This document shows, in pieces, positions 12,141 to 22,720 of a stretch of 64,000 nt of DNA. The stretch is from Mantamonas sphyraenae STR306 (Eukaryota; Protista; CRuMs). The stretch spans positions 1 to 64,000 of the forward strand of contig JAPMXV010000041.1 of the NCBI GenBank assembly GCA_026936335.1, written 5' to 3'. The position numbers and the translations under genes were made by a program. The notes beneath the pieces are model-generated. The model worked only from the letters and a program-made list of their open reading frames with translations, was not told where the DNA came from and made no database searches. The stretch's first letter is position 1. Each line of letters begins with the position of its first letter.

Positions 12141-13520
12141 ATGTCTTCCACCCTTGGCTCGCACCGAGCAGAAGACACTCTGTACGTGAGCGGATCCACG
12201 CTGGACGGAGCAAACACGGCCACGCTGGCCGACTCTTGCGCAGATCCCAGCCAACGCACGACCGGCCTCGCCATTTCCCATTGCACCCTCAAGCCGTCTG
12301 CCATTCCAGCCATCCTCGATTCCCTCTCATCTCTCTCCCCTCTCCTGACCTTCTCGATGGACCAATGCGAGTTTGGTGTGGACGACCACGACGGCGACAG
12401 CGACGATCCACGCACCGTGCTCGCCCAAGGCCTTCCGCACTCTCTCTGTATTCTCCGCTGGACCCATTCCAGCCTTGACTCCTCCGCAGCGCTCTCCCTT
12501 GCCCTGCAACGCCTGCAGATACTCGACATCACCGGCAACGCGGTCGGCGACACAGCCGGCGTGGCCTTGGCCGACCTCCTCGCTCCTCCCACGTCCCTCC
12601 TCACCCTCAAACTCGGACGTTGCCACCTGCACACATCGTCCGCTGCGGCCATTGCAACCCACCTTGCCCACAACGCCACGCTGCAGCACCTTTCTCTTTC
12701 GTCGAACCGCATCCGACCGGAAGGCGCCGCAGCGCTTGCTTCTGCCCTCTGCACAAACACATCCCTGCGCTCCCTCAACCTCTCACTCACCGACATTGGG
12801 CAAGACGGCATCATCTCTCTTACCACAGCTCTGTTGCAGAACAACACGCTCTTTTCCCTCGACCTCAACAGCTGCGCTGCACGCGGCACCGACTATCACG
12901 ACTATCTCCTTGACGTCATCCAACACAACACTTCGCTCCAGTACATGATGCTTCCCTGGCTTGGAAAGTCGACGGACCGCTTCCGCGGAGCTGTTGCCCG
13001 CAACCGGCGCCTGAGCACAGCCAACGTCGGCTTCCGCCATCTTTCCGACGCCAACGCAGACCTTGCCAAACAGTTTGTGCGCGCCGTCCTCGAAGGAAAC
13101 CTGGACCAAGCCGCTCGATTCCTTGGTCTCGGCGTTCACGTCGATTCCGTCGTCGAGAAGTTTGCCACCCCTCTCATGTTTGCGGTCTCCAACAACAACA
13201 CAGACATGATCGCCCTGCTCCTGGACCACAACGCCGACCCTTCATTCATGCCGTCGCCACGCTCGCTCTCGTGCGCGTCTCTCGCAGCTGCCACCCACAC
13301 CACCTTTTCCACAGACATTTTCCGCATCGCCCATCCAGACGTCGACCGTGCCATCGAGCTCGCCCTCCTCTTCAACACCACTGAGCGCGACCTCCTCTTT
13401 GCCGCTGGGTCCATGGACGTGTACGAGCCGTCTGCGCTGTGGTCGACGCTGCCCGACGAGGTCTTTCAACACGTGGTCGCCCATCTCTGGACCCTCCCTC
13501 CAGCCTCGCATTCATCGTAA
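12141..13520 (+). CDS. RNI-like LRR + ankyrin + C-terminal F-box-like protein
   Basis: LRRs (NATLQHLSLSSNRIRPEGAAALASAL), ankyrin (TPLMFAVSNNNTDMIALLLDHNAD), tail LWSTLPDEVFQHVVAHL. Confidence 0.88.
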   Translation: MSSTLGSHRAEDTLYVSGSTLDGANTATLADSCADPSQRTTGLAISHCTLKPSAIPAILDSLSSLSPLLTFSMDQCEFGVDDHDGDSDDPRTVLAQGLPHSLCILRWTHSSLDSSAALSLALQRLQILDITGNAVGDTAGVALADLLAPPTSLLTLKLGRCHLHTSSAAAIATHLAHNATLQHLSLSSNRIRPEGAAALASALCTNTSLRSLNLSLTDIGQDGIISLTTALLQNNTLFSLDLNSCAARGTDYHDYLLDVIQHNTSLQYMMLPWLGKSTDRFRGAVARNRRLSTANVGFRHLSDANADLAKQFVRAVLEGNLDQAARFLGLGVHVDSVVEKFATPLMFAVSNNNTDMIALLLDHNADPSFMPSPRSLSCASLAAATHTTFSTDIFRIAHPDVDRAIELALLFNTTERDLLFAAGSMDVYEPSALWSTLPDEVFQHVVAHLWTLPPASHSS

Positions 13521-13628
13521 CTTGTGCCGAGTGTCAGCCCACAGGCACCTAGTCCCCGTCTGATGCGTGGTCAAACTTGAACCACAAAGGTGGCACGTGA
13601 TGATCCTCGATGGCCCCCGCTCAGTCCC

Positions 13629-14372
13629 TCAGTCTCCTCCCCCGTCACCCCCGTCACCCCCGTCACAACCGCCACCACCGTCACCCCCTCCACTACTCAA
13701 ACATTTCCACAAGCAATACAGCGCAAATAATCCAGCCGGGCCAAGGGCCATTGCAGCGACAATGCCATTCAGCGTCGCCAACAGCCAAACCAGTCCAAGG
13801 TTGATCGTGCCAAGCTCGTACCAGCCCTCTCGCACGGAAAAAGGCAACAAGAAGAGGAAGGAGGCGTTGCACAAAGGACCAGCGCCGAGGAATGCTGATG
13901 CCAGAAATCCCGTGACGATCGACGACATTTTCCACAGAGCCCGGCCACAACAAAACAGACAAGGACTCACACACACAACCAAAAAGAGCCACGCCAGACA
14001 CCAAAAGAAAACCAGGTCTCTGATGGAGAGGTTGAACAAATTTGCTGACCATGGAATCGGTACGGTTGCCATCCCTGCCACACACGTGATCAGCTGCGAA
14101 ACAACAAAGCAGGCATATGTGACAGAGTAATACTTTCTCAACCCCTTCTCCTGGGCGTAGTGCTCGTTGCAATAGGCGTCCGCCTCGACGTCCACGTTTT
14201 CGCTCTGCGGCTCTCTTGGCGCCACCGTTTTCAACGCCACCTGCTGAACCTGAAACCTCCTTGCAACACTCCTACAGCCACAATGCGGACACAAAAACGC
14301 ACCGGTGCTTCCCCCTCCGCACTCGGAATCAACAAAACCTGTGATTGTGATTTTTCCCTTGTTGGAAATCAT
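13629..14372 (-). pseudogene. N-terminally deleted copy of the Zn-ribbon membrane protein (possible pseudogene)
   Basis: Relative to copy 2, a 64-nt deletion removes the start codon and the first CxxC; an upstream ATG gives a different N-terminus. Confidence 0.55.
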
Positions 14373-14771
14373 GAGGCGGTGATAGAAACATCATTTTGTC
14401 TCTGGGCGATCTTCATTCCGCGCAAGCACGATCCCGCCGACACTAAATCCACCCGCAACAACATCTCCAACACATCACTCTCCTCCTGCCCAGCAAGGCT
14501 ATGAACGTACCAATGTTGGAGTGCAAATGAGGAAGATGCCTCGCCCACAAACGCCCATCCAGACGTCGACCGTGCCACCGAGCGCGACCTCCTCTTTGCC
14601 GCTGGATCCATGGACGTGGTCGCCCATCTCTGGACCCTCCCTCCAGCCTCGCATTCATCGTAACTTGTGCCGAGTGTCAGCCCACAGGCACCTAGTCCCC
14701 GTCTGATGCGTGGTCAAACTTGAACCACAAAGGTGGCACGTGATGATCCCCGATGGCCCCCGCTCTGTCCC

Positions 14772-15494
14772 TCAGTCTCCTCCCCCGTCTCCCCCGTCAC
14801 CCCCGTCACAACCGCCACCACCGTCACCCCCTCCACGACTCAAACATTCCCACAAGCAATACAGCGCAAATAATCCAGCCGGGCCAAGGGCCATTGCAGC
14901 GACAATGCCATTCAGCGTCGCCAACAGCCAAACCAGTCCAAGGTTGATCGTGCCAAGCTCGTTCCAGCCCTCTCGCACGGAACCAGGCAACAAGAAGAGG
15001 AAAAAGGCGTTGCACAAAGGACCAGCGCCGAGGAATGCTGATGCCAGAAATCCCGTGACGATCGACGACATTTTCCACAGAGCCCGGCCACAACAAAACA
15101 GACAAGGACTCACACACACAACCAAAAAGAGCCACGCCAGACACCAAAAGAAAACCCGGTCTCTGATGGAGAGGTTGAACAAATTTGCTGACCATGGGAT
15201 CGGTACGGTTGCCATCCCTGCCACACACGTGATCAGCTGCGAAACAACAAAGCAGGCAAATGTGACAGAGTAATACTTTCTCAGCCCCTTCTCCTGGGCG
15301 TAGTGCTCGTTGCAATAGGCGTCTGCCTCGATGTCTACGTTTTCGCTCTGCGGCTCTCTTGGCGCCACCGTTTTCAACGCCACCTGCTGAACCTGAAACC
15401 TCCTTGCAACACTCCTACAGCCACAATGCGGACACAAAAACGCACCGGGCTCCACATCCACCTGCTTGCTGCAAACTGAACACCGCAGCTCCAT
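14772..15494 (-). CDS. Zinc-ribbon (CxxC..CxxC) protein with 3-4 predicted TM helices, ~240 aa
   Basis: MELRCSVCSKQVDVEPGAFLCPHCGC followed by several hydrophobic stretches. Confidence 0.65.
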   Translation of the reverse strand: MELRCSVCSKQVDVEPGAFLCPHCGCRSVARRFQVQQVALKTVAPREPQSENVDIEADAYCNEHYAQEKGLRKYYSVTFACFVVSQLITCVAGMATVPIPWSANLFNLSIRDRVFFWCLAWLFLVVCVSPCLFCCGRALWKMSSIVTGFLASAFLGAGPLCNAFFLFLLPGSVREGWNELGTINLGLVWLLATLNGIVAAMALGPAGLFALYCLWECLSRGGGDGGGGCDGGDGGDGGGD

Positions 15495-15855
15495 CCAGCA
15501 AACCAGCAACGTTGGCCCCCCATCCGCACTCGGAATCAACAAAACCTGTGATTGTGATTTTTCCCTTGTTGGAAATCATCAGGCGGTGATAGAACCATCA
15601 TTTTGCCTCTGGGCGATCTTCATTCCGCGCAAGCGATCCCGCCGACACTAAATCCACCCGCAACAACATCTCCAACACATCACTCTCCTCCTGCCCAGCA
15701 AGGCTATGAACGTACCATTGTTGGAGTGCAAATGAGGAAGATGCCTCGCCCACAAACGCCCATCCAGACGTCGACCGTGCCACCGAGCGCGACCTCCTCT
15801 TTGCCGCTGGATCCATGGACGTGGTCGCCCATCTCTGGACCCTCCCTCCAGCCTC

Positions 15856-17055
15856 TCATTGCGCGAAATGAACCTTCTCTGCTCTGGCCATCGCCTTGGC
15901 ATACTCCCTGTCCAACTCACCACTCGCCTGCCCATCCACCACCTGCTCTGCTGATGAACACGCCACCATCACCACCGGCACCTCCTCAATGCATCCCACG
16001 CACACCAACGTGTCCACACACCCTCCTCCATCCACATCCACACACCCATTTCCCCTCAGCCCGTCTCTCATCCCGCTCACTCTCCCCCCACTCCACACCG
16101 CCACCACTTTTTCCACCACCTTCCACGAGCGCAAAAGCCACGCAACTCCACGCGTCCTCCCCTCGCCCTCTTCACCAGCCACTGCCACCAGCTGGCCTTC
16201 CGCCACAACCACTCTGTGCGGAAGTTCCACTGGCACGAATCCGCCCGGATCTTCCTCTCTCTCGACACCCAGGGCACGCATCATCATCCCAAAATCCCCC
16301 CACCCCCCGTACCCGACGAAATACACCTCCTCCCCCTCTCCATCCAACCCACACACCGGCCCCACCTCCAGTTCCATCGCGGACTTCAACACTGCCTCCT
16401 CCAGCTCCTTCTCCGTCCACAAGTCACCTCCACGAAATCCAGTCAACACCCGCACGATCTCTGCGTCGCTCATCCCGTGCATTTCCCTGTAACCAATCAC
16501 AAACTTCTCCAGATACCGGCTGCTAGGACGCCCAATCAGCTCCCGGTTCTTTTCCATCCCACGCGGATCCGTGAAGAACACCACGGGCACGCCATCAACT
16601 CCAACCTCCCCACACACAACCCTCCCGTACCACCCCCCATCCATATCCACCCACCCTTTCTCCACAGCCTCGCACAACCACCTGTCCTTGTCCTCCTCCG
16701 CCAGCTCTCCCACCCTCAACTTGTTCTCCTGCTCGACCACGGCCCAGAACTGATCCACCGTGATCCTGTACAAGCGACACGGCGTCCCTCTTCCCTCCAC
16801 CTCCTCCTCAGACAACCTCACCGTGTCCACAAACGCCACAGCCCCTCCCCACGACCTACTCATGCGCGCAAAGTACAGCTCAAACGGTGCCACCCACCCT
16901 CTCTCCTCCAATGGCTCTGCACAATCTCCACATCCTTGCATCTCCCCCGCAAACCCATACGGCCGCTCTCCCCGCAGATATCCATCCACAAATCTATGCG
17001 AATCCATGTTGCTCCCATATGAACAGTACCACACTTCCCCAACTCCACTCATCAT
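15856..17055 (-). CDS. Gamma-glutamylcyclotransferase-fold protein, probably two GGCT-like domains
   Basis: VWYCSYGSNM..RF..YLRG..GC.D..LYFA..S..WGGAVAF..RLYRIT..QF..V..QEN recalls the GGCT-like domain of plant HDA5 C-termini and actinobacterial homologues (from memory). A second degenerate domain starts VYFVGYG. Confidence 0.72.
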   Translation of the reverse strand: MMSGVGEVWYCSYGSNMDSHRFVDGYLRGERPYGFAGEMQGCGDCAEPLEERGWVAPFELYFARMSRSWGGAVAFVDTVRLSEEEVEGRGTPCRLYRITVDQFWAVVEQENKLRVGELAEEDKDRWLCEAVEKGWVDMDGGWYGRVVCGEVGVDGVPVVFFTDPRGMEKNRELIGRPSSRYLEKFVIGYREMHGMSDAEIVRVLTGFRGGDLWTEKELEEAVLKSAMELEVGPVCGLDGEGEEVYFVGYGGWGDFGMMMRALGVEREEDPGGFVPVELPHRVVVAEGQLVAVAGEEGEGRTRGVAWLLRSWKVVEKVVAVWSGGRVSGMRDGLRGNGCVDVDGGGCVDTLVCVGCIEEVPVVMVACSSAEQVVDGQASGELDREYAKAMARAEKVHFAQ

Positions 17056-18947
17056 CCATTTCCTGTGCCCCCCGCGCGCACGCACCCGGTCCACACCACC
17101 CACCTCACCACCCTCTCCATCACCTCATCCGGCAGTGTCACCCACCCTTCCCACCCACCCCCCTCCACATACTCCTCCATCCCACCACACTCAAACATCG
17201 CCTCCCTCTCCTCCCGATTCATCGCCAACGCCACCTCCATCCGCTCCACCACCTGCCTCGGCATCCACCCCTTCTCCACCATCTCCCTCCAATCCACCGC
17301 CTCGACCCCATCCACACCATCCCACACCTCACCATGGCCCACACTCAGCTGCCACAGCAGCCTCGCTTCGCTTTCCGGCCCAAATTCCTTCCTCGCCGTG
17401 CTGCTCTCCAGCTTCAACCCACCATCCAGCAACACCCGCACGACCCCTGCCTCTCCCCCTCTACACGCCACTTTCAGCGCCTTGTTCCGCACCGCTCCGC
17501 CTCCTCGCTCCACCAGCGTTGCCACAAGCTCCTCCTCGCCCCACCATGCCGCTGCCTCACACAGCATGTACCTGTCACACGTACACGACCACCTCACGCT
17601 CTCGTCCAAATCCAGCAGCGCCTCCAACACCTCCCGCTTCCCTCCACACTCCACCGCTCGCATCGCCGTCACCCCAATGTCCACCGGCCACGTCCATTGC
17701 CAAAACTGCCCTCTGAACCTTTCCCAACCCCACCCTCCGTCTGCATCCAGGCACATGCCCAAACCTTGCACCCCGCCCTCAATCTCCATCTCCTTGCCCA
17801 ACATCTTCACCACCTCCACCCTCCCAGCCCTGACCGCCAAATCCAATGCCCGCTCCCCATCCCCATTCACAATCTCCACATTCGCACCCGCATCCAACAG
17901 CATGCGCACGCTCTCCACGCTTCCGCTCTCCGCCGCCACCATCAACGCCGTGTTCCCATCAATGTCCACCCGATCCAAATCCGCCATCACTGAACCCACC
18001 TCCAACAACATCTCCAACACATCACTCTCCTCAAGCCCAGCCGCAAGCATGAGCACCGTCACCTTGCAGTAATCCCGTCCGTATCGCCCTTTCTCAATCA
18101 CTCCCTCGGCCATCTCCTTCTCCCATTCCTTCAACACACTATACTCCACACTTCCTGCCCCACACTCAAGCAGCCATTTCACCATCTCCTTGTCTCCCCT
18201 CTGCACCGCAAACATCAGCGGCGTCCACACATCCTCCATCGGCTTGTCCACCTCCTCACCATTCTCCACAAGCAACTTGGCCGTCTCCATCCTCCCGCAC
18301 TGTACAGCCCGCATCAACCCGGTCTCCAAATTCTTTTCTCGGCTCCACCCTCCCTCTGCCCCAGCCGCAAGCAGCCGCCGCACAACCTCCACATTTTCCT
18401 CCTCCGACCCGCACGCTGCAAACAGCACTGCCTCCAGATCCTCCGCCACCAACGTCACTCCCTCCCACAAAACATCCACCATCTCCCACTGTGCCCCCCA
18501 CACTGCCCTTTCCAGCGCTGCCACCACTGATTCCTTTCCCGCGCACTTCATCAACACCTCGACCACCTCTCTCCTCCCCGTCATCACCGCCAACTCAAAG
18601 TCACCGTCCGCCACCGTCTCCAACTTGCCCAGCGCCTCCACATCCCCCTTCACCACACTCACCCACACTGCGTCCACCCCTTTCTCCACCTGCTCCCTCA
18701 CCTCCACGCGCATCGCTTCCACACACTCCTCCAGCGACCACTCCGACGCTACCCACATGCTCACTGGCTTTCCCAGCTTTGCTTGCACCCCGTCAAACCT
18801 CCGCACGCGATCAACATCCACCACCAACCCTGTCCACGCCCCCTTTTCCGCTTCCTCCGCCTCCAACCCGCCCACCACGTTTGCACACACCGCAACAAAC
18901 AACCCAGCGTCCACTTCATTCACATTCCTCTCACATTCACTGCTCAT
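17052..18947 (-). CDS. Ankyrin-repeat protein with C-terminal F-box-like tail
   Basis: Multiple ANK repeats (TPLMFAVQRGDKEMVKWLL, GNTALMVAAESGSVESVRMLLDAGA); tail WVTLPDEVMERVVRWV. Confidence 0.9.
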   Translation of the reverse strand: MSSECERNVNEVDAGLFVAVCANVVGGLEAEEAEKGAWTGLVVDVDRVRRFDGVQAKLGKPVSMWVASEWSLEECVEAMRVEVREQVEKGVDAVWVSVVKGDVEALGKLETVADGDFELAVMTGRREVVEVLMKCAGKESVVAALERAVWGAQWEMVDVLWEGVTLVAEDLEAVLFAACGSEEENVEVVRRLLAAGAEGGWSREKNLETGLMRAVQCGRMETAKLLVENGEEVDKPMEDVWTPLMFAVQRGDKEMVKWLLECGAGSVEYSVLKEWEKEMAEGVIEKGRYGRDYCKVTVLMLAAGLEESDVLEMLLEVGSVMADLDRVDIDGNTALMVAAESGSVESVRMLLDAGANVEIVNGDGERALDLAVRAGRVEVVKMLGKEMEIEGGVQGLGMCLDADGGWGWERFRGQFWQWTWPVDIGVTAMRAVECGGKREVLEALLDLDESVRWSCTCDRYMLCEAAAWWGEEELVATLVERGGGAVRNKALKVACRGGEAGVVRVLLDGGLKLESSTARKEFGPESEARLLWQLSVGHGEVWDGVDGVEAVDWREMVEKGWMPRQVVERMEVALAMNREEREAMFECGGMEEYVEGGGWEGWVTLPDEVMERVVRWVVWTGCVRAGGTGNG

Positions 18948-18975
18948 CCTGACAAATATACACTTCTCTGTGGCC

Positions 18976-21900
18976 TCACCCGCGCGAGAACGCCTTCTTC
19001 GTCCTCCGCTTCATATTCGGGCTCCCTTTCCCTCCACCACCCTTTGGCCGATGCGGACCCAGCACATTCGGCGACGACAGCCCCACATTGCTCGGTGGAT
19101 ACTTGTTGTTCAGCATCAGCTCCGGCATGCTCGCCCCGTTCAGCTGCAGCATTTCCGTCTGCACCTCCTTCATCCCACCCGTGCTCCCCTTGGACTTCAG
19201 AACGCGCCCTTGCACAACCCCATCTCTTCGCTTCCTCCCCACCACCCGTTTCCCCTTGCTCCCCTTCCCACTCTTCCGCCTCCTTTTCGTCTCCACCAGA
19301 AAATGCTTCGCAAACTGCTCCCGTCCCACCTTTGCCTTGCCGTTCCCTTCCCCTTCCTCCTCCGCGTCCAGCTCCATCTCCACCATACTCTTCCCGCTGC
19401 TACGCCTTCTCCCTACACTCTCTTCGCTCAACAGCCCCGCCGAGCTCTCGTTGCTCGTGCTGATCGCCATTCCCATCGGCACCGGTTCGCTTACGCTTCG
19501 CACGCTCCGCGACCTCTCCAGCGTCAACACCGGTTCATCCAACGCAAAATCCGTCGCCGTCAGCAGCTCATCTCCTTCCAGCGCGCTTCCCCGCAGCTTC
19601 GCCTTTGCCCGATCCTCCACCGGCGGCAGCTGCCCAAACTCCTCCCGCACCGCTTTCGCCGCATCCTCCGTCCCGTCCCCGCTCTTTGTAGACACACGCC
19701 TCGACTTGCTTCGCTTGGTCAACACTTGAATCGCTGGCTTGAAGCTCGACGGCGACGTGTCCCCTGCCATGCTCATGCTCGCCGTCCGCCTCAACACAGG
19801 CGACAGCTCCAAATCCTCCTCCCCAATCAATTCTCCCTCCACCTCCACCTCCCCATCCCCATCCCCATCCCCATCCCCATCCCCCTCCCCCTCCCTCTCC
19901 GCCTCCGCCTCCTCCTCTCCCTCCGCCTCCCCCTCTCCCTCAGCCAGCCGCTCCGCCTTCATCTCCACATACACCTCCCGGTTCATCTTCAGCTGCTCCA
20001 CAAACACATCCAGCTCAGGCAGCAGCAGTGCACACGCCGTAAACATCGGCTGCACAATGAAATCTATAAAGTTCAGCTGCAGCTGCAGGTCGTCGCAATT
20101 CTCCCGGTCCATAAACGCGCTCACAGGCATCCCCGCCGCCTTTTCCATGTCCCCCTGCTTCCAAAACTCCTCCACAATGCATCCACTCCACGCTTGCGCC
20201 AACTCCAGCGGCTTTGCCGGATTGTTCAGGTCTGCGCTGTGCACCATCGCCTGGCAAATCAGCGTCCGGTCCTCCGCGTTTTCAAACTCAAACGTGCCCC
20301 TCCCCTCCTCCCCCATCTTATCCCCCAGCTTTGCCAGCAGCGTAAAGTGGTCCGCCATGTCCGTCGCCAAGATGCACTTGATCGTCACCCGCCGGATTTC
20401 CTTGTACTCGTCCGCGCTGAACCCCGCCAAGATGTTTAGTTCCTCCTCCGCCAGCAGCTCAAACAGCCGCGCGCTGTGGTGGTTCTCCAGCACACTCTGA
20501 TCGTTGTACCGTACCGCCAACGGCGTGCCCTGGTTCACGTGGAAGTTGTTGTTGAATCCCGGATGCTCCAGGTCGTGGCACAGCGCCGCCAACAGCACAC
20601 TCAGCACCTCCAGGTACGTAATCATCTCTGCCACCGTCGTCGTCGTCAAAATGAACCACACCGTGTACGTCACGTCCACCGCGTGCGCAAAGTTGTGGTA
20701 CGGGTTCTCCTGATAATGTGCGCTCACCGCTCCCACAAACCGTCGCAGCGTCGCCCCGTCCATCCCAAACTCTTCCAGCAGGCCCAAATCTGCAAACATG
20801 GCATACACATACTCCTGCAGCCGCTCCCGCGAGTGCTCCAGCACATTGAATCCCGGCTCTCCCAACTCCTCCACCAGCTCCTCAATCGCTTCCGCGTCCA
20901 GCACACGCACCTCCCTCACATCCCCTTTCCGCAACCCCAGCTTGTTCACCTCCCACTCCACCTTGCTTGTGAAAAACACCTCCTCTTCCTTCACCTCCTT
21001 CTCCTTCACCACCTCCTCTGCTTCATCACCCTCCGCCGCCTCCTCCACCGTCTCCAACACCTCAATCTCCCTTCCACTCTCCGCACTCCCACGACTACTC
21101 TCCGTCCCTCCACTCAACATCGACGACCGCGACCCGTCGCTGTGCGACCGCGTGTGCCGCTTCCTCCGCGGCGCCGCCACACTTCTCGACTTGACGTACT
21201 TCTCCAGCCGCTGCCGCCTCTCGTCACTGCTCAATGTGCTCGACGTGCTCCTCCTCGACATTCGCCGCGGGTTCTTGTCCCTGCTTGCCTGTCCGCTGCT
21301 GTACTCCGCCATCATCCAGTCAAACGTCTGCTGGTCCACCATTCCCGACGACGACAAAATCTTTTCCAGCTCCTCACGCGTCAACCGAGGCCGTGCTGCT
21401 TCCTGCCCACTTGCAGACCACGGCGACAGTTTCGACGACGTCGACAAGTCGTGTCCCTTTGTCCACGACGACAGTTGGTCAAACGACAGCCCGTACAAGC
21501 CGCTCAACCTTCGCAGCTCGTTCACCGTGGCACGGCTCCTCGACCCCAGAGGGCTTCGCTCCATCGGTCGCGCCTGCTTCAGTAACATGTGGATCACCGC
21601 CAGCGACTGGATACGTGTTTCTATCAGCGCAAACACGTACGGCGGCACCATGTACTCCGCAAGCCCTCCTGTGCCCAGACACTGCAGCAGCGGCGACACA
21701 TCCGTCGACGTGCGCAAAAGGCCCACCACGGGGCAATGCACTCCCAACTCCCGTATGGCCTCTACAAACTCCTTGGCCTCGTACCCTTTGACTGGCAATT
21801 CCAGCAGCAACAGCTGCAGCAAGTCCTGATGACCCAGTCGCAGCACACTCAACGCATCATCTGCATCCATCATTAGTGACACTGTCACCCGTCGCCGCGT

Positions 21901-22621
21901 GTGTCAGCTCTTCTCCCCATACAACGCGAAAAAAAGGGACACGCCGCGGAAAGAAAACGAGAACCCAATGGACACAATCGAAGGTCAGAAGGTGCCAGAC
22001 ACACTCTTCCCTCCCGCTCCCAACACCTCCTCACACAGCATCCTCCCCCTTCAACGCCATCTCCACCACCCTCGCTTGCCCGCCATCCCACCCACATCAC
22101 CTCCCTGCCCGCATACCCGCCCTCTCGGCCCCACGCCGTCCCAGTCCGCCGTGTCCGTGGTCCTTCCATTGTCCGTTCTATTCCCCTTTCTCTCCTCAAA
22201 AAAACGCCGACCTACCTGTGTACCCATTCTCCTTCAGCTCCTTGTACACCAACTGCGCAGTAAACTCGTGGCTTCCCACCACCATGATGCTCATCTTTCT
22301 CAGATCCATCCCTCCTATGCCCTCCTCCCCGTCCGCTTCTTGTCGCGCGTTCGCGTTCTCCGTTAGCAAGTCCACCAGTCCGGCTTCGCTTCGCGACCGA
22401 CCCAGCGACGGTCCCGCAAACATGTCCAGTCCCGAGCTGATGCTTACAGACGTGCTCACAGACGTATCCGAGCTCTGAGTCGCCTCTCGCGACTCAGGCC
22501 CTTGCGTCGCCCCCGCGGACCCACGCTCCTCCACGGACTTGCGAAACGCCTCCTTGAACGCGTCCAGTTCACCCTCGCTCAGGTCTTCTGTCGACACGTG
22601 CACGCTCACTCCCGATGACAT
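18976..22621 (-). CDS. Class I cyclic-nucleotide phosphodiesterase with N-terminal receiver-like domain (RegA/PDE8-like); exons 22621-22216, 21881-18976
   Basis: PDEase motifs YHNFAHAVDV, HDLEHPG, LENHH, ILATDM, HSADL, EEFWKQGD. Phase-1 intron 22215-21882 completes a REC-like fold (SIMVV..GYTVSLMMDADDALSVL). Confidence 0.9.
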
Positions 22622-22720
22622 GCTCGTTCCTTTTCTTCCTGCGCCTTTCCAGAAAAAACTGTCCACTTGGCCCTCTCGGCGCCGCCCTTGCGGCCCCACA
22701 ACCACCCCGACTCGTGCACC

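Larger units (their letters stand above)
13471..15855. repeat. Tandem segmental duplication: units 13471-14613 (1143 bp), 14614-15818 (1205 bp), plus a 37-bp third start
   Basis: ACGTGGTCGCCCATCTCTGGACCCTCCCTCCAGCCTC at 13471, 14614 and 15819; the units are nearly identical apart from a 64-nt indel. Confidence 0.95.
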
